A DNA stretch of 64,000 nt from an uncultured Hungatella sp. (lineage in GTDB: Bacteria; Bacillota; Clostridia; Lachnospirales; Lachnospiraceae): the NCBI GenBank assembly GCA_910585645.1, contig CAJUFP010000002.1, forward strand, positions 23,170 to 87,169, given 5' to 3'. Positions within the stretch are counted from its first letter, which is position 1, and each line of letters begins with the position of its first letter. Positions 37,208 through 45,260 of the stretch are shown here, piece by piece. The position numbers and the translations under genes are program-made. Below the pieces are notes generated by a model. It saw only the letters and a program-made list of their open reading frames with translations, did not search any database and had not been told where the DNA came from.

Positions 37208-38720
37208 AACAGATCTCCTCCCTCATTCGATATTGTTCCAAACTGCCCCTGTCTATCTTTCCGTTTTTATTAAGAGGCATAAATTTCAACCGGATAAACT
37301 CATTGGGACACATATAAGCAGGAAGCCGTTCCCTACCCAGCCTGCGAAGCTCACCTGGTGAGGCAGTTCCCACATAGTAGGCCGTCAACCTCTTTGTACG
37401 GGAATCATACAAACAGCAAACCCTGTCCATCCCCTCCATACATCCCAGCTCCCACTCCACCTCCTCCAGCTCAATCCGGTGTCCCATCCGCTTGATCTGA
37501 TGATCCGTCCTTCCATCAAAACACAGCTGCCGGTTTTCATCATAATGCCCCATATCCCCAGTGCGGTAAATAATCCCTCCGCCCGGCTCCTCAAAAACAT
37601 TCCTCACAAACCGTTTCTCTGTCTCCTTCTTGTTGCGGTAATACCCCGAAGACAAAGCCTTTCCGCCCACACAGATTTCCCCGGTCACGCCAACCGCCTC
37701 AATTCTCCTGTCTCCCTCATCTGCCAGAAACACTTCCCGGTTGGAAAACGCTCTCCCAATGGGAATCACCCCATCCTCCGTCCCGTCCACACGATAATAA
37801 GTGCAGTTGCAGGTAATCTCCGTAGGACCGTACAGATTTACAAACTCTGTCTCCGGCAGCGCCTCCCTCCAAAGCTTCAAATGATAGAACGGCATAATCT
37901 CCCCGCTGAAAAAAATCTTCCGTATTTCTTTGGGAACCCTGTATTCCAGCCCCCTGGCAGCAGACACTACACACAGGGCAGAAGCAGCCCAGATCAGAAC
38001 TGTCACCTGATTTTCACAGAGATAATCAAGCAATGCCGGCGGCGTGGCAAACATGACGCTGGGAATCAGCACCAGCCTGGCCCCGCAAAAAACGGAAACC
38101 AGCAGATCCTTCACCGAAACATCAAAATCAAAAGGAGCCTGGTTTCCGATCACATCCTGCGAACCAAAAGAAAACGTGCGGATAAATTCCTCTCCAAACT
38201 CCACCGCAGCACCTCCGCTGACTGCCACCAGTTTGGGAACTCCCGTAGAGCCGGATGTAAACATCCCATACAGATAGTCCTCCGGCCTCATCTGCAGCCG
38301 GTAAAACCCAAGAACCTCCAGGTCAGCCGCTTTCTCCTTAATCTCCCCAAATCCCAAAACCCTTCCCGCAAATCCATCCTCCTTAAGCCGTCTTGCCAAA
38401 TCCCCTTCCGCAATCACCACATCCGCTTCCAGAAACTCCAAACGCTCCCTTATCCTTTTTTGCGGAAGTTCCGGATTCATGTACACATAAAAACAACCGG
38501 CATATGCCGCACCGAAAAACGCCCCAATGGTCTCAGACCGCTTCTCCATAAAAACCGGCACAGGGCTCCTCTGCCTGCACACCCTTGTAAGAAAGCTTCC
38601 CACCCTTCGGGAAATTTCAAGAAGTTCCCCAAAGGTGTAGCCCCGCCTTCCGTCATATACCGCCTCTTTCTCCGGGTATCGGAGCGCCGTCTCCTCCAAA
38701 TAATCTAAAACGGATTTCAA
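37173..38720 (-). CDS. DltA-like amino-acid adenylation enzyme (carrier-protein ligase)
   Basis: AMP-binding motifs FTSGSTGVPK, YGPTE and YRTGD, plus a DltA-like FDFDVSVKDL. TTG start at 38720 with a GAGGTGGA RBS. Confidence 0.8.
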   Translation of the reverse strand: MKSVLDYLEETALRYPEKEAVYDGRRGYTFGELLEISRRVGSFLTRVCRQRSPVPVFMEKRSETIGAFFGAAYAGCFYVYMNPELPQKRIRERLEFLEADVVIAEGDLARRLKEDGFAGRVLGFGEIKEKAADLEVLGFYRLQMRPEDYLYGMFTSGSTGVPKLVAVSGGAAVEFGEEFIRTFSFGSQDVIGNQAPFDFDVSVKDLLVSVFCGARLVLIPSVMFATPPALLDYLCENQVTVLIWAASALCVVSAARGLEYRVPKEIRKIFFSGEIMPFYHLKLWREALPETEFVNLYGPTEITCNCTYYRVDGTEDGVIPIGRAFSNREVFLADEGDRRIEAVGVTGEICVGGKALSSGYYRNKKETEKRFVRNVFEEPGGGIIYRTGDMGHYDENRQLCFDGRTDHQIKRMGHRIELEEVEWELGCMEGMDRVCCLYDSRTKRLTAYYVGTASPGELRRLGRERLPAYMCPNEFIRLKFMPLNKNGKIDRGSLEQYRMREEICFGRPRFDSGSC

Positions 38721-38752
38721 CCTTATCCACCTCTCTTACCTTTTCTAATGGT

Positions 38753-38786
38753 TCAGGCGGCATTCCTCTTAAGAAGTGCCGCCTGA
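38753..38786 (-). other. Intercistronic 10-bp perfect hairpin between the lipoprotein gene and the DltA-like gene
   Basis: tcaggcggca (38753-38762) pairs with tgccgcctga (38777-38786). No U-tract follows, so it looks more like a processing or stability element than a terminator. Confidence 0.5.
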
Positions 38787-38804
38787 TACCCCTTCCTATT
38801 TGCC

Positions 38805-39458
38805 TTAAGCTGCCGGTTTCCCCTTCTGGCCGTCCCCATCTTTCCCGCTGTTCTTGGCCTGTTTCCCATCGGATTTCTTCTCTGCCAGTTTCCTTTTCAG
38901 CTTGCTGTCCGACTTTTTCTGAGAAAGCCTTGTCTTTTCCCCATTCTCTTTCTTTTTATTGACTGCTGATTTCTTCCCATCCTTCTTGGTATCCCGTTCC
39001 TTTGCTCCCTCCGAAGCCTTAGGCGCATTATCTCCGGTCTGATCTTTGGACGGTTCCGTAGACGATTTCACCGCAGCATTGCCTGCCGGAGCTTTGGGAG
39101 CCGTCTCCTGAATTCCAGGTCCCTGGGCTGGCCCGGCTGCCGGACCCTTTGCCTCCTGCTTTGGCGCCTCTGCCTCCTTACCAGGACCTTCCACCGCCTT
39201 CACCGGTGCCTTGGCTGCCTTACCAGGCCCTTCCGCTGCCTTCACCTGCGCCTCTGTTTCCCCCTTCTCCTTCTTCTTTCCAGGCGCTTTCGTCTTATCC
39301 TTCTTCACTTTCTCCTTAGACGCCTTGGCCTGAACCGTTGTCTCTGTCTGGGTTTTTCCCCCTCCCTTCTTATCCTGAGGTGTACAGGCTGCAACAGACG
39401 CTGCTATAGCAGCTGCCATCATAAATACAGATACTCTTGCTAATCCTTTTTTCATCAT
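38805..39458 (-). CDS. Lys-rich low-complexity lipoprotein
   Basis: MMKKGLARVSVFMMAAAIAASVAAC lipobox. ATG at 39458 with a GAGGA RBS. The mature part is K/A/E/G/P-rich with EGPGK(A/E)A(K/E)AP repeats. Confidence 0.65.
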   Translation of the reverse strand: MMKKGLARVSVFMMAAAIAASVAACTPQDKKGGGKTQTETTVQAKASKEKVKKDKTKAPGKKKEKGETEAQVKAAEGPGKAAKAPVKAVEGPGKEAEAPKQEAKGPAAGPAQGPGIQETAPKAPAGNAAVKSSTEPSKDQTGDNAPKASEGAKERDTKKDGKKSAVNKKKENGEKTRLSQKKSDSKLKRKLAEKKSDGKQAKNSGKDGDGQKGKPAA

Positions 39459-39510
39459 TTTATATTCCTCGCTTTCTGAATTTTCAAAGTTCCTTTCCTT
39501 TGATGATTTC

Positions 39511-39564
39511 ATTCTAGCGATTGTTCCTTAATAAAACCTAAAAGACATCTTAACGATTCTGAAG
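39511..39564 (-). promoter_or_regulatory. Regulon promoter 1 (lipoprotein + Dlt-like operon): 4 x TTMAG array + -10 TAGAAT
   Basis: Coding strand reads cTTCAGaatcgTTAAGatgtcttTTAGGttttaTTAAGgaacaatcgcTAGAAT. The -10 lies 52 nt upstream of the start at 39458. Confidence 0.65.
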
Positions 39565-39678
39565 AACAAATTCTGCACACTTCTCCTTAACTGACAATCC
39601 AACAAAACACGTCACTGGCGCATTTTGCTGGATACTCTGTAAGACAAAAGGCAACCTCCGGCTGCCCAAGCTGTCGAA

Positions 39679-41094
39679 TTATTTTATTTGCTGCTCTCCT
39701 TCAGGAAACAGAATCCTGATTCGGTATATCCCACCTCCGGTCTCCTCCTCACAACTGCCTCCCATATCGCTCATCATAGCCCGCACATTTTCCAGGCCGA
39801 TTTTTGTGCTGGGAATCCCTTCCTGAAATTCTCTCACCCGATTGTGGATTTCAATTCCCACCATTCCTTTTTCATACACCGTTTTCAGATAAACCGGCTC
39901 CCCGGCATCCGCATATTTCACAAGATTCATGCCAAGGTTATCCACGATTCTTCCGATATAATCCATTCGGACCCGTATCTTCTCCCTTTTCCATTCCAGA
40001 TCCGCCTCTACCATGTATCCCTGATTTTCCAGGAACATAGCCATCTCCGAGAGACAGTCCTCAAAAACACTCTGAAACAGCCTGGGTTCTTCCAATATCT
40101 CTTCTTTCTTCCTGTCCCCAATCTGGCTGCATTCAAACAGACAATCGGACAGTTCCTTCATCTGCACTGCCTTGGCCATCATTTTCTTCAGATAGTAGTC
40201 CCTCTCCTCCTGGCTGTCACATACCTCAGACTGCATGACCTGTATGTAAACGGTCAATGCCGTAAGGGGCGTCCTCAGATCATGGGCCATCCCTACAATC
40301 AGGTTCTGGTTTGCCTGCCTCAATTCCTGTTCCTTTTCTATATTCTCTTTCAGAGACTGCCTCAGCTGATTTAAACCCTCTGCCAGCTCTGCCAGTTCAT
40401 CCTTTCCTTTTACCAGTATGGAGTGGTCCAGACATCCGCCCTCCATAATCCCGATCTCCTGATGCAGTTCCTGGATATAAGAAATCCTTTTTCGGACGCC
40501 CCAGATAAAACATACCAAAAAGACCAGAAAGCTGGCCAGAATCTCCCCAACCATAACATACATCTGATACCGGTAAGCAAATGCTCCTGTTAAGAATACC
40601 TCTGCTGTCCCATCAGCAAAAAGCACCTCATAATAGCTTTCCCGGTAATAGGGCACCTCCAGATCCTCATAAAAGTCCTCATTTTCTGTCTTATCTGAAA
40701 CATATACCAGCAAATCACCCCGGTAAATCTCCAAATACACAATGGAATTCTTTTTCACCCATGACGACAGCAGTGTACTGTCCGAAGTCCTGATTCCATT
40801 CTCAATCACATAATCCTGCAGCTCCTGAACCATATCTCCTTCCGCCTCTTCCAGATAAGAGGATTCTTCCAGATAACGGTCAAGCCCTCTGTCAGCCAAT
40901 GTCCCAAAAACACAAAAGAAAAGACCTGCGGTTATCCCACTGGCCAGGACCATGGCCACCAGCTCTCCTACCAGGCTCCATCTCCTGCCCTGAAACCGCC
41001 TTTTCCCCCATACTCTCCCTGTCAGATCACCCAATCCGATACCCCTTTCCCCACACGGTACAGATTCTCTTCGGTTCCTGGGGATCTTTCTCAA
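39679..41094 (-). CDS. Sensor histidine kinase (2 TM, extracytoplasmic loop, HisKA + HATPase)
   Basis: H-box MAHDLRTPLTAL and a C-terminal ATPase region. The track start overlaps the regulator gene by 68 nt. An in-frame TTG at 41034 (AAGGGG RBS, 8-nt overlap) is a plausible true start. Confidence 0.8.
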   Translation of the reverse strand: MRKIPRNRRESVPCGERGIGLGDLTGRVWGKRRFQGRRWSLVGELVAMVLASGITAGLFFCVFGTLADRGLDRYLEESSYLEEAEGDMVQELQDYVIENGIRTSDSTLLSSWVKKNSIVYLEIYRGDLLVYVSDKTENEDFYEDLEVPYYRESYYEVLFADGTAEVFLTGAFAYRYQMYVMVGEILASFLVFLVCFIWGVRKRISYIQELHQEIGIMEGGCLDHSILVKGKDELAELAEGLNQLRQSLKENIEKEQELRQANQNLIVGMAHDLRTPLTALTVYIQVMQSEVCDSQEERDYYLKKMMAKAVQMKELSDCLFECSQIGDRKKEEILEEPRLFQSVFEDCLSEMAMFLENQGYMVEADLEWKREKIRVRMDYIGRIVDNLGMNLVKYADAGEPVYLKTVYEKGMVGIEIHNRVREFQEGIPSTKIGLENVRAMMSDMGGSCEEETGGGIYRIRILFPEGEQQIK

Positions 41095-41731
41095 TCTTTA
41101 CCCGAAGCTTGCGTATATGTACCATAACCGTATTGTTAGAACCGTAAAAATAAGGCTCCTGCCATACGCTTTCATAGATATTCTGTGCGGAAAATATTTT
41201 ATTGGGGTATTGAATCAGAAGACGGAGAATCCGGTATTCAATTTCTGACAAATCCACCTCTTTTCCCTCCACTTTCACCTGGTTGCAGGAAACATCCAGG
41301 CTAATTTCCTTCCACTGTATCCAGGAAGCCTCCTCAATAGAACTTCCTGAATCCTTCCCCCGGTATACCTGGTATCTTCTCACAAGAGCCTTTACCCGCC
41401 CTAACAGTTCCCCGTAGGAAAACGGTTTTGGCAGATAATCATCCCCTCCTGCCATAAGCCCTAAAAGTTTATCCGACTCCCTGGCTTTTGCAGTCAAAAA
41501 CAGGATAGGCACATTGGAGAACTTTCTGATCTCCTCACAAGTCTTAATCCCTGATATTCCAGGCATCATAATATCCAGAATCACAAGATCTGTCTCCCTG
41601 CCCATCATCCCAAGAGCCTGACTGCCGGACTGTGCTTCCCTCACCTGAAATCCTTCACTTTCCAAAAGCACCCGGACACCCTCCCGGATATCCCCGTCAT
41701 CCTCTACCAGCAGAATCAATCCCTTCTCCAT
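41027..41731 (-). CDS. OmpR/PhoB-family response regulator
   Basis: Receiver domain LLVEDD...LDIMMPG...K, and a winged-helix output domain ...VMVHIRKLRVKIE...TVWGKGYRIG. Confidence 0.85.
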   Translation of the reverse strand: MEKGLILLVEDDGDIREGVRVLLESEGFQVREAQSGSQALGMMGRETDLVILDIMMPGISGIKTCEEIRKFSNVPILFLTAKARESDKLLGLMAGGDDYLPKPFSYGELLGRVKALVRRYQVYRGKDSGSSIEEASWIQWKEISLDVSCNQVKVEGKEVDLSEIEYRILRLLIQYPNKIFSAQNIYESVWQEPYFYGSNNTVMVHIRKLRVKIEKDPQEPKRICTVWGKGYRIG

Positions 41732-41784
41732 CCAGTCTCACCTTCTCCCTTTCCATGACAGTCCTTCCCTTTGCCTATATAGAC

Positions 41785-41838
41785 ATGATACCTGATTCCA
41801 TACGAAAAATCCTCAAAATAATTCTTAAACTTTCTTAA
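41785..41838 (-). promoter_or_regulatory. Regulon promoter 2 (two-component system, autoregulatory): pentamer array + -10 TATCAT
   Basis: Coding strand reads TTAAGaaagtTTAAGaattattTTGAGgatttTTCGTatggaatcaggTATCAT. Confidence 0.55.
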
Positions 41839-41844
41839 CTCCGC

Positions 41845-41995
41845 GTAACAGTTCAGACGGCGGGGAATTTGACCAGAATTTTAGGCGTCAAGCTTGCTTG
41901 TAAGCTAAAATTTTGGTCAAATTCCACATCGGATATACATCCGATGCTTCTTGTCCGGCGTAGACGGGCAAGAAGATACCCGTCTGAACTGTTAC
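41845..41995. repeat. Nested inverted-repeat element B (three hairpins closed by a 16-bp perfect stem)
   Basis: Outer arms gtaacagttcagacgg (41845-41860) and ccgtctgaactgttac (41980-41995). Hairpins at 41864-41925 (21 bp), 41927-41946 (8 bp) and 41947-41975 (11 bp). Confidence 0.8.
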
Positions 41996-42024
41996 AAACC
42001 TCGATAAAAATTGTCTGAAGGCTC

Positions 42025-42053
42025 TTGACTATCCTAAAGGTTTCGTTTATACT
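42025..42053 (+). promoter_or_regulatory. Sigma-70-type promoter of the GNAT leader
   Basis: TTGACT (42025-42030), 17-nt spacer, TATACT (42048-42053). Confidence 0.6.
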
Positions 42054-42059
42054 ATTGTC

Positions 42060-42195
42060 CAATATACAAGTCATACACAACAACATAGGTCATCGGAGGA
42101 CAGTACACCGTAGTGTAGGGGTTTCGTACCGCCTGTCAGATAAGATGTCGAATGAGTTCGGTTATTACTTTTAGGTAATGGCCGGACTCTTTTTT
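42060..42195 (+). ncRNA. Structured 5-prime leader with intrinsic terminator (candidate riboswitch or attenuator) upstream of the GNAT gene
   Basis: Predicted transcript start is about 42060. Local helices tacac/gtgta and gacag..gtac / gtac..ctgtc. Terminator stem 42154-42168 / 42175-42189 followed by T6 (42190-42195). The GNAT ATG is at 42302. Confidence 0.45.
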
Positions 42196-42301
42196 ATGCA
42201 CAAGCCTGTGCAGAGGAAGTCTTTTCCTCTATATCCATTGATTTCAGTTACATCTGTCAGTGGCTGGTCCTCCATATTAATATTTCAGGAGGTAATTATC
42301 C

Positions 42302-42856
42302 ATGCAAACAAAACCACAGATTACTCTGGTTCCCCTTTTAGACCAGGAAAAAGAATCATTTATCCATGATGTTCAGGCTGCTTTTAAAATAGCGGTTGAA
42401 AAAGAATGGGGAGATACCGGTGAGGAAGTCATACCAAGGCAGGATATTGAAGAAGCATTTCATGCTCAGGGGGCAGAAAGCTACCATATTGTACACGAAG
42501 GCCGGATTGTAGGCGGAACCGTACTTACTATTGACCCGGAGACCAACCATAATGAACTGTCCATTTTATTCATCAAAGGCAGCTGCCACAGCAGGGGCTT
42601 GGGATTTGCCGCCTGGCAGGCCATCGAAAATCTCCACCCGGAAACCGAAGTATGGGAAACCTGTACCCCATATTTTGAAAAACGCAACATCCACTTTTAT
42701 GTCAACAAATGCGGCTTTCATGTAGTAGAATTTTTCAACCCCTGTCACCCGGAGCCCGATTACCATGAGACCCAGGGACAGGACATTCCAGGCGGTGATT
42801 ATTTCCTGCGCTTTGAAAAGAACATGAAAGAAAAAACCAGTCTTCAGAATTGTTAA
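42302..42856 (+). CDS. GNAT-family N-acetyltransferase
   Basis: RGLGFAAWQAIE (acetyl-CoA P-loop-like Q/R-x-x-G-x-G/A) and NIHFYVNKCGF. RBS AGGAGG sits 8 nt upstream. Confidence 0.7.
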   Translation: MQTKPQITLVPLLDQEKESFIHDVQAAFKIAVEKEWGDTGEEVIPRQDIEEAFHAQGAESYHIVHEGRIVGGTVLTIDPETNHNELSILFIKGSCHSRGLGFAAWQAIENLHPETEVWETCTPYFEKRNIHFYVNKCGFHVVEFFNPCHPEPDYHETQGQDIPGGDYFLRFEKNMKEKTSLQNC

Positions 42857-42895
42857 GATTCCCTTCAGAAAACTTTCAGCTTTTCATGGGATAAT
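42843..42895 (+). promoter_or_regulatory. Regulon promoter 3 (TVP38-pssA-psd-PAP2 operon): pentamer array + extended -10
   Basis: TTCAGaattgTTAAGattcccTTCAGaaaactTTCAGcttttcatggGATAAT. Overlaps the GNAT stop codon. Confidence 0.6.
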
Positions 42896-43074
42896 GGCCG
42901 TAACGGAGAGAATCCAAACATTTTTAAAAAAGAAACCTGTTAAGAGGAGGTATATAATTATGCATAAAAATAAACTGATCGAACTGATAAAAAAACAAAT
43001 TCAAAAAGACAACAATAAGCAAACAGGGAGAGAAAAAAATCCCTCCCCCGCCGGTTTTCAGGGAGCCCCCCGTT

Positions 43075-43668
43075 ATGACGGATAAAGCCGGCTCTTTGTG
43101 GGAAACAGGCTGGAAGCGGATTACATCCATAGCCTTTCTGGCTGCCATGCTCTTCATCTCCATCCTGTTTATAAAAGCTTATATGCAGGGGCAGTTCCAT
43201 TCCCTTGACTCTCTCCGGGATTATATCAAGGGCTTTGGAATTCTGGCTCCCGCGGTCCTCACCCTGTTTCAAGCCTTCCAGGTAATTCTTCCGGTGCTGC
43301 CGGGATTCTTAGGCTGCGCTGTGGGCGCTGTGCTGTTCGGCGCCTCCGGCGGCTTCTGGTATAACTATATTGGAATCAGCACAGGCTCCATCATCGCTTT
43401 CTTCCTGGCCAGACAGTATGGAACAAGTCTTGTAGAGGCTTTATTTCCCGGAGAAAGCTATGGAAAATGGTCCAACTGGCTGGGAAAGAGCCGGTATTTT
43501 ACCCTGGCCTTATTTGCCGCCATTCTGCTGCCTCTGTTTCCGGACGATTATCTCTGCTATTTTTCCGGCCTCACCAAAATGAGCGCAAAAAAATTCATAT
43601 GGATTATCATTCTGGCAAAGCCCTGGTGCATTCTGGTTTACAGCCTTGCTTTCGCTGGTGTACTGTAG
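43075..43668 (+). CDS. TVP38/TMEM64 (DedA-related) family membrane protein
   Basis: Multi-TM protein with the motif GFLGCAVGAVLFG...FPDDYLCYFSGLT. A 41-aa ORF with a strong RBS (42960-43085) lies upstream in another frame. Confidence 0.65.
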   Translation: MTDKAGSLWETGWKRITSIAFLAAMLFISILFIKAYMQGQFHSLDSLRDYIKGFGILAPAVLTLFQAFQVILPVLPGFLGCAVGAVLFGASGGFWYNYIGISTGSIIAFFLARQYGTSLVEALFPGESYGKWSNWLGKSRYFTLALFAAILLPLFPDDYLCYFSGLTKMSAKKFIWIIILAKPWCILVYSLAFAGVL

Positions 43669-43717
43669 TCAAATATGCATGCCCGCCTGGCTCCTTGCCT
43701 GCGGGAATAAAAAATAA

Positions 43718-44365
43718 ATGAAGGAGAATAAAAAAATGTTACGCAAACATCTCTTGGGCTTTTATGATTACACCGTAATCCTCACATACGCAGGCACCCT
43801 GTCCGCGTTTCATGGAATCCTGTCTCTCATGAACGGGAGACCCAGACAGGCTGTCCTGTGCCTTATGGCCGCTGGCCTCTGTGACATGTTTGACGGAACC
43901 GTGGCCGCGACCAAAGACCGGAACCGTCAGGAAAAACGCTTCGGAATCCAGATTGATTCCTTAAATGATGTAGTTGCTTTCGGCGTCTTTCCCGCCCTCT
44001 TTGTATATATTATGTGCCAGGGAACCCCTTTTTCCGTTCTGGCCTCCTGCGCCTATCTGCTGTGCGCCCTGATCCGTCTGGCTTATTTTAATGTTCTGGA
44101 AGAAGACCGGCAGGACTCCTCATCCGAAAAACGGACCGAATACTTAGGTCTCCCTGTGACGGTTTCCGCTCTCATTCTCCCTGCTGCCTACGGATTCTGC
44201 AGTCTGGCCCCCGGCCTGAATCCTCACGTTTACTCCTTTGTCCTTGCCGCCATGGCCCTGCTCTTTGTGTCCCCCATAAGGATTCCAAAGCCCCGGCTTA
44301 AAGGTATCATCGGACTTGCCGCTGCCGGCACGGCTCTCTTTTTGGGAATGGTTCTGGAGGTGTAA
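43718..44365 (+). CDS. pssA: CDP-alcohol phosphatidyltransferase: phosphatidylserine synthase
   Basis: D-x2-DG-x2-A-x8-G-x3-D-x3-D motif (CDMFDGTVAATKDRNRQEKRFGIQIDSLNDVV). The start may be the ATG at 43736 (AAGGAG RBS). Immediately followed by psd. Confidence 0.75.
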   Translation: MKENKKMLRKHLLGFYDYTVILTYAGTLSAFHGILSLMNGRPRQAVLCLMAAGLCDMFDGTVAATKDRNRQEKRFGIQIDSLNDVVAFGVFPALFVYIMCQGTPFSVLASCAYLLCALIRLAYFNVLEEDRQDSSSEKRTEYLGLPVTVSALILPAAYGFCSLAPGLNPHVYSFVLAAMALLFVSPIRIPKPRLKGIIGLAAAGTALFLGMVLEV

Positions 44366-44369
44366 ACAC

Positions 44370-45206
44370 ATGGCAAAAGACCCTTTTTATGTGCGTTTTC
44401 TCTATGGAACCAAACCTGGACGCACTCTGCTGAAAACACTGGCCCGGCCCCTCTTTTCCAGGCGGGCCGCTTTATTTTTGGATTCCCCCTGGTCCCGGTG
44501 GCTGATTCCCTTATACATCAGGCTCCACCACATCCCCATGGGCTCCTATATTCCGGAACATTACCGTTCCTTCAATCACTTTTTCACCCGGAAAAGGAAC
44601 CATCTGCACATAAACCTGGATCTGGAACCCTCCCATTTCATCAGTCCCTGTGACGGATACTTAAGGGTACATCCTATTACCAGAGAACGCCGGTTTTGCA
44701 TCAAACACATAGATTACTCCCTGGAAAAGCTTCTCCGTGACCCAGTCCTGGCGGGCAGATACGAAAACGGCCTCTGCCTCATTTTCCGTCTGGCCCCCCA
44801 CAACTACCACCGCTACTGTTATCCCGACAGCGGCCTGGCAGTCAAACAGGTATCCATTCCCGGCCTTCTCCACTCCGTAAGGCCCGCTGCCTTAAAAACC
44901 CGCCCCGTCTTCCTGGAAAATGCCAGACAGTACACGATCATTGACTCCGAACATTTCGGTCTTCTGGTCCAAATGGAAGTAGGTGCTCTCCTGGTAGGAA
45001 AAATCCATAATCACAGCGACAGGCTTATTATAGATCGAGGTACGGAAAAAGGCTACTTTGAATTTGGCGGCTCCACCATACTGATACTTGCAGAACAGGG
45101 AATCCTGGATATAGATCCACCTATCCTGAATGCCTCCCAAAAAGGTCTGGAAACCACCGTAACTTATGGAGAAAAAATCGCCGCCAGAAGGCTGGAGCGT
45201 GTTTGA
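44370..45206 (+). CDS. psd: Phosphatidylserine decarboxylase proenzyme
   Basis: Self-cleavage motif FGGSTI near the C-terminus and the length fit Psd. ATG at 44370 with GGAGG 9 nt upstream. Confidence 0.75.
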   Translation: MAKDPFYVRFLYGTKPGRTLLKTLARPLFSRRAALFLDSPWSRWLIPLYIRLHHIPMGSYIPEHYRSFNHFFTRKRNHLHINLDLEPSHFISPCDGYLRVHPITRERRFCIKHIDYSLEKLLRDPVLAGRYENGLCLIFRLAPHNYHRYCYPDSGLAVKQVSIPGLLHSVRPAALKTRPVFLENARQYTIIDSEHFGLLVQMEVGALLVGKIHNHSDRLIIDRGTEKGYFEFGGSTILILAEQGILDIDPPILNASQKGLETTVTYGEKIAARRLERV

Positions 45207-45260
45207 AAATTCACTGATCATCCTTAAATATGCAGACAAAAAAGAAAGGGGAAAACCTTC

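Noticed and set aside
39679-41094. Taking the 68-nt overlap between the histidine kinase and response regulator genes at face value
   Set aside because: The first 20 codons of the long form lie entirely within the regulator coding region and are not kinase-like. An in-frame TTG at 41034 with a proper RBS gives the usual short overlap. The coordinates are kept as in the ORF track, but the start is flagged as doubtful.
41853-42086. 77-aa minus-strand ORF across inverted-repeat element B and the GNAT promoter
   Set aside because: It overlaps hairpins and a strong plus-strand promoter, has no RBS, and its composition is atypical.
42100-42150. Resemblance of cguaccgccugucagauaagaugucg to the guanidine-III (ykkC-III) riboswitch core CGUACCCGGUCAGGACAAGACGGCG
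   Set aside because: The required 5-prime ACGR-containing pseudoknot partner and the paired GC-rich helices are not evident. The downstream gene is a GNAT rather than a guanidine exporter or carboxylase, and that class is mainly actinobacterial. I treated the match as coincidental pending an Infernal scan.
42145-42174. 9-codon leader peptide MSNEFGYYF overlapping the terminator stem as a classical translation-attenuation mechanism
   Set aside because: There is no Shine-Dalgarno within 20 nt upstream of its ATG. It is kept only as a remark within the leader finding.
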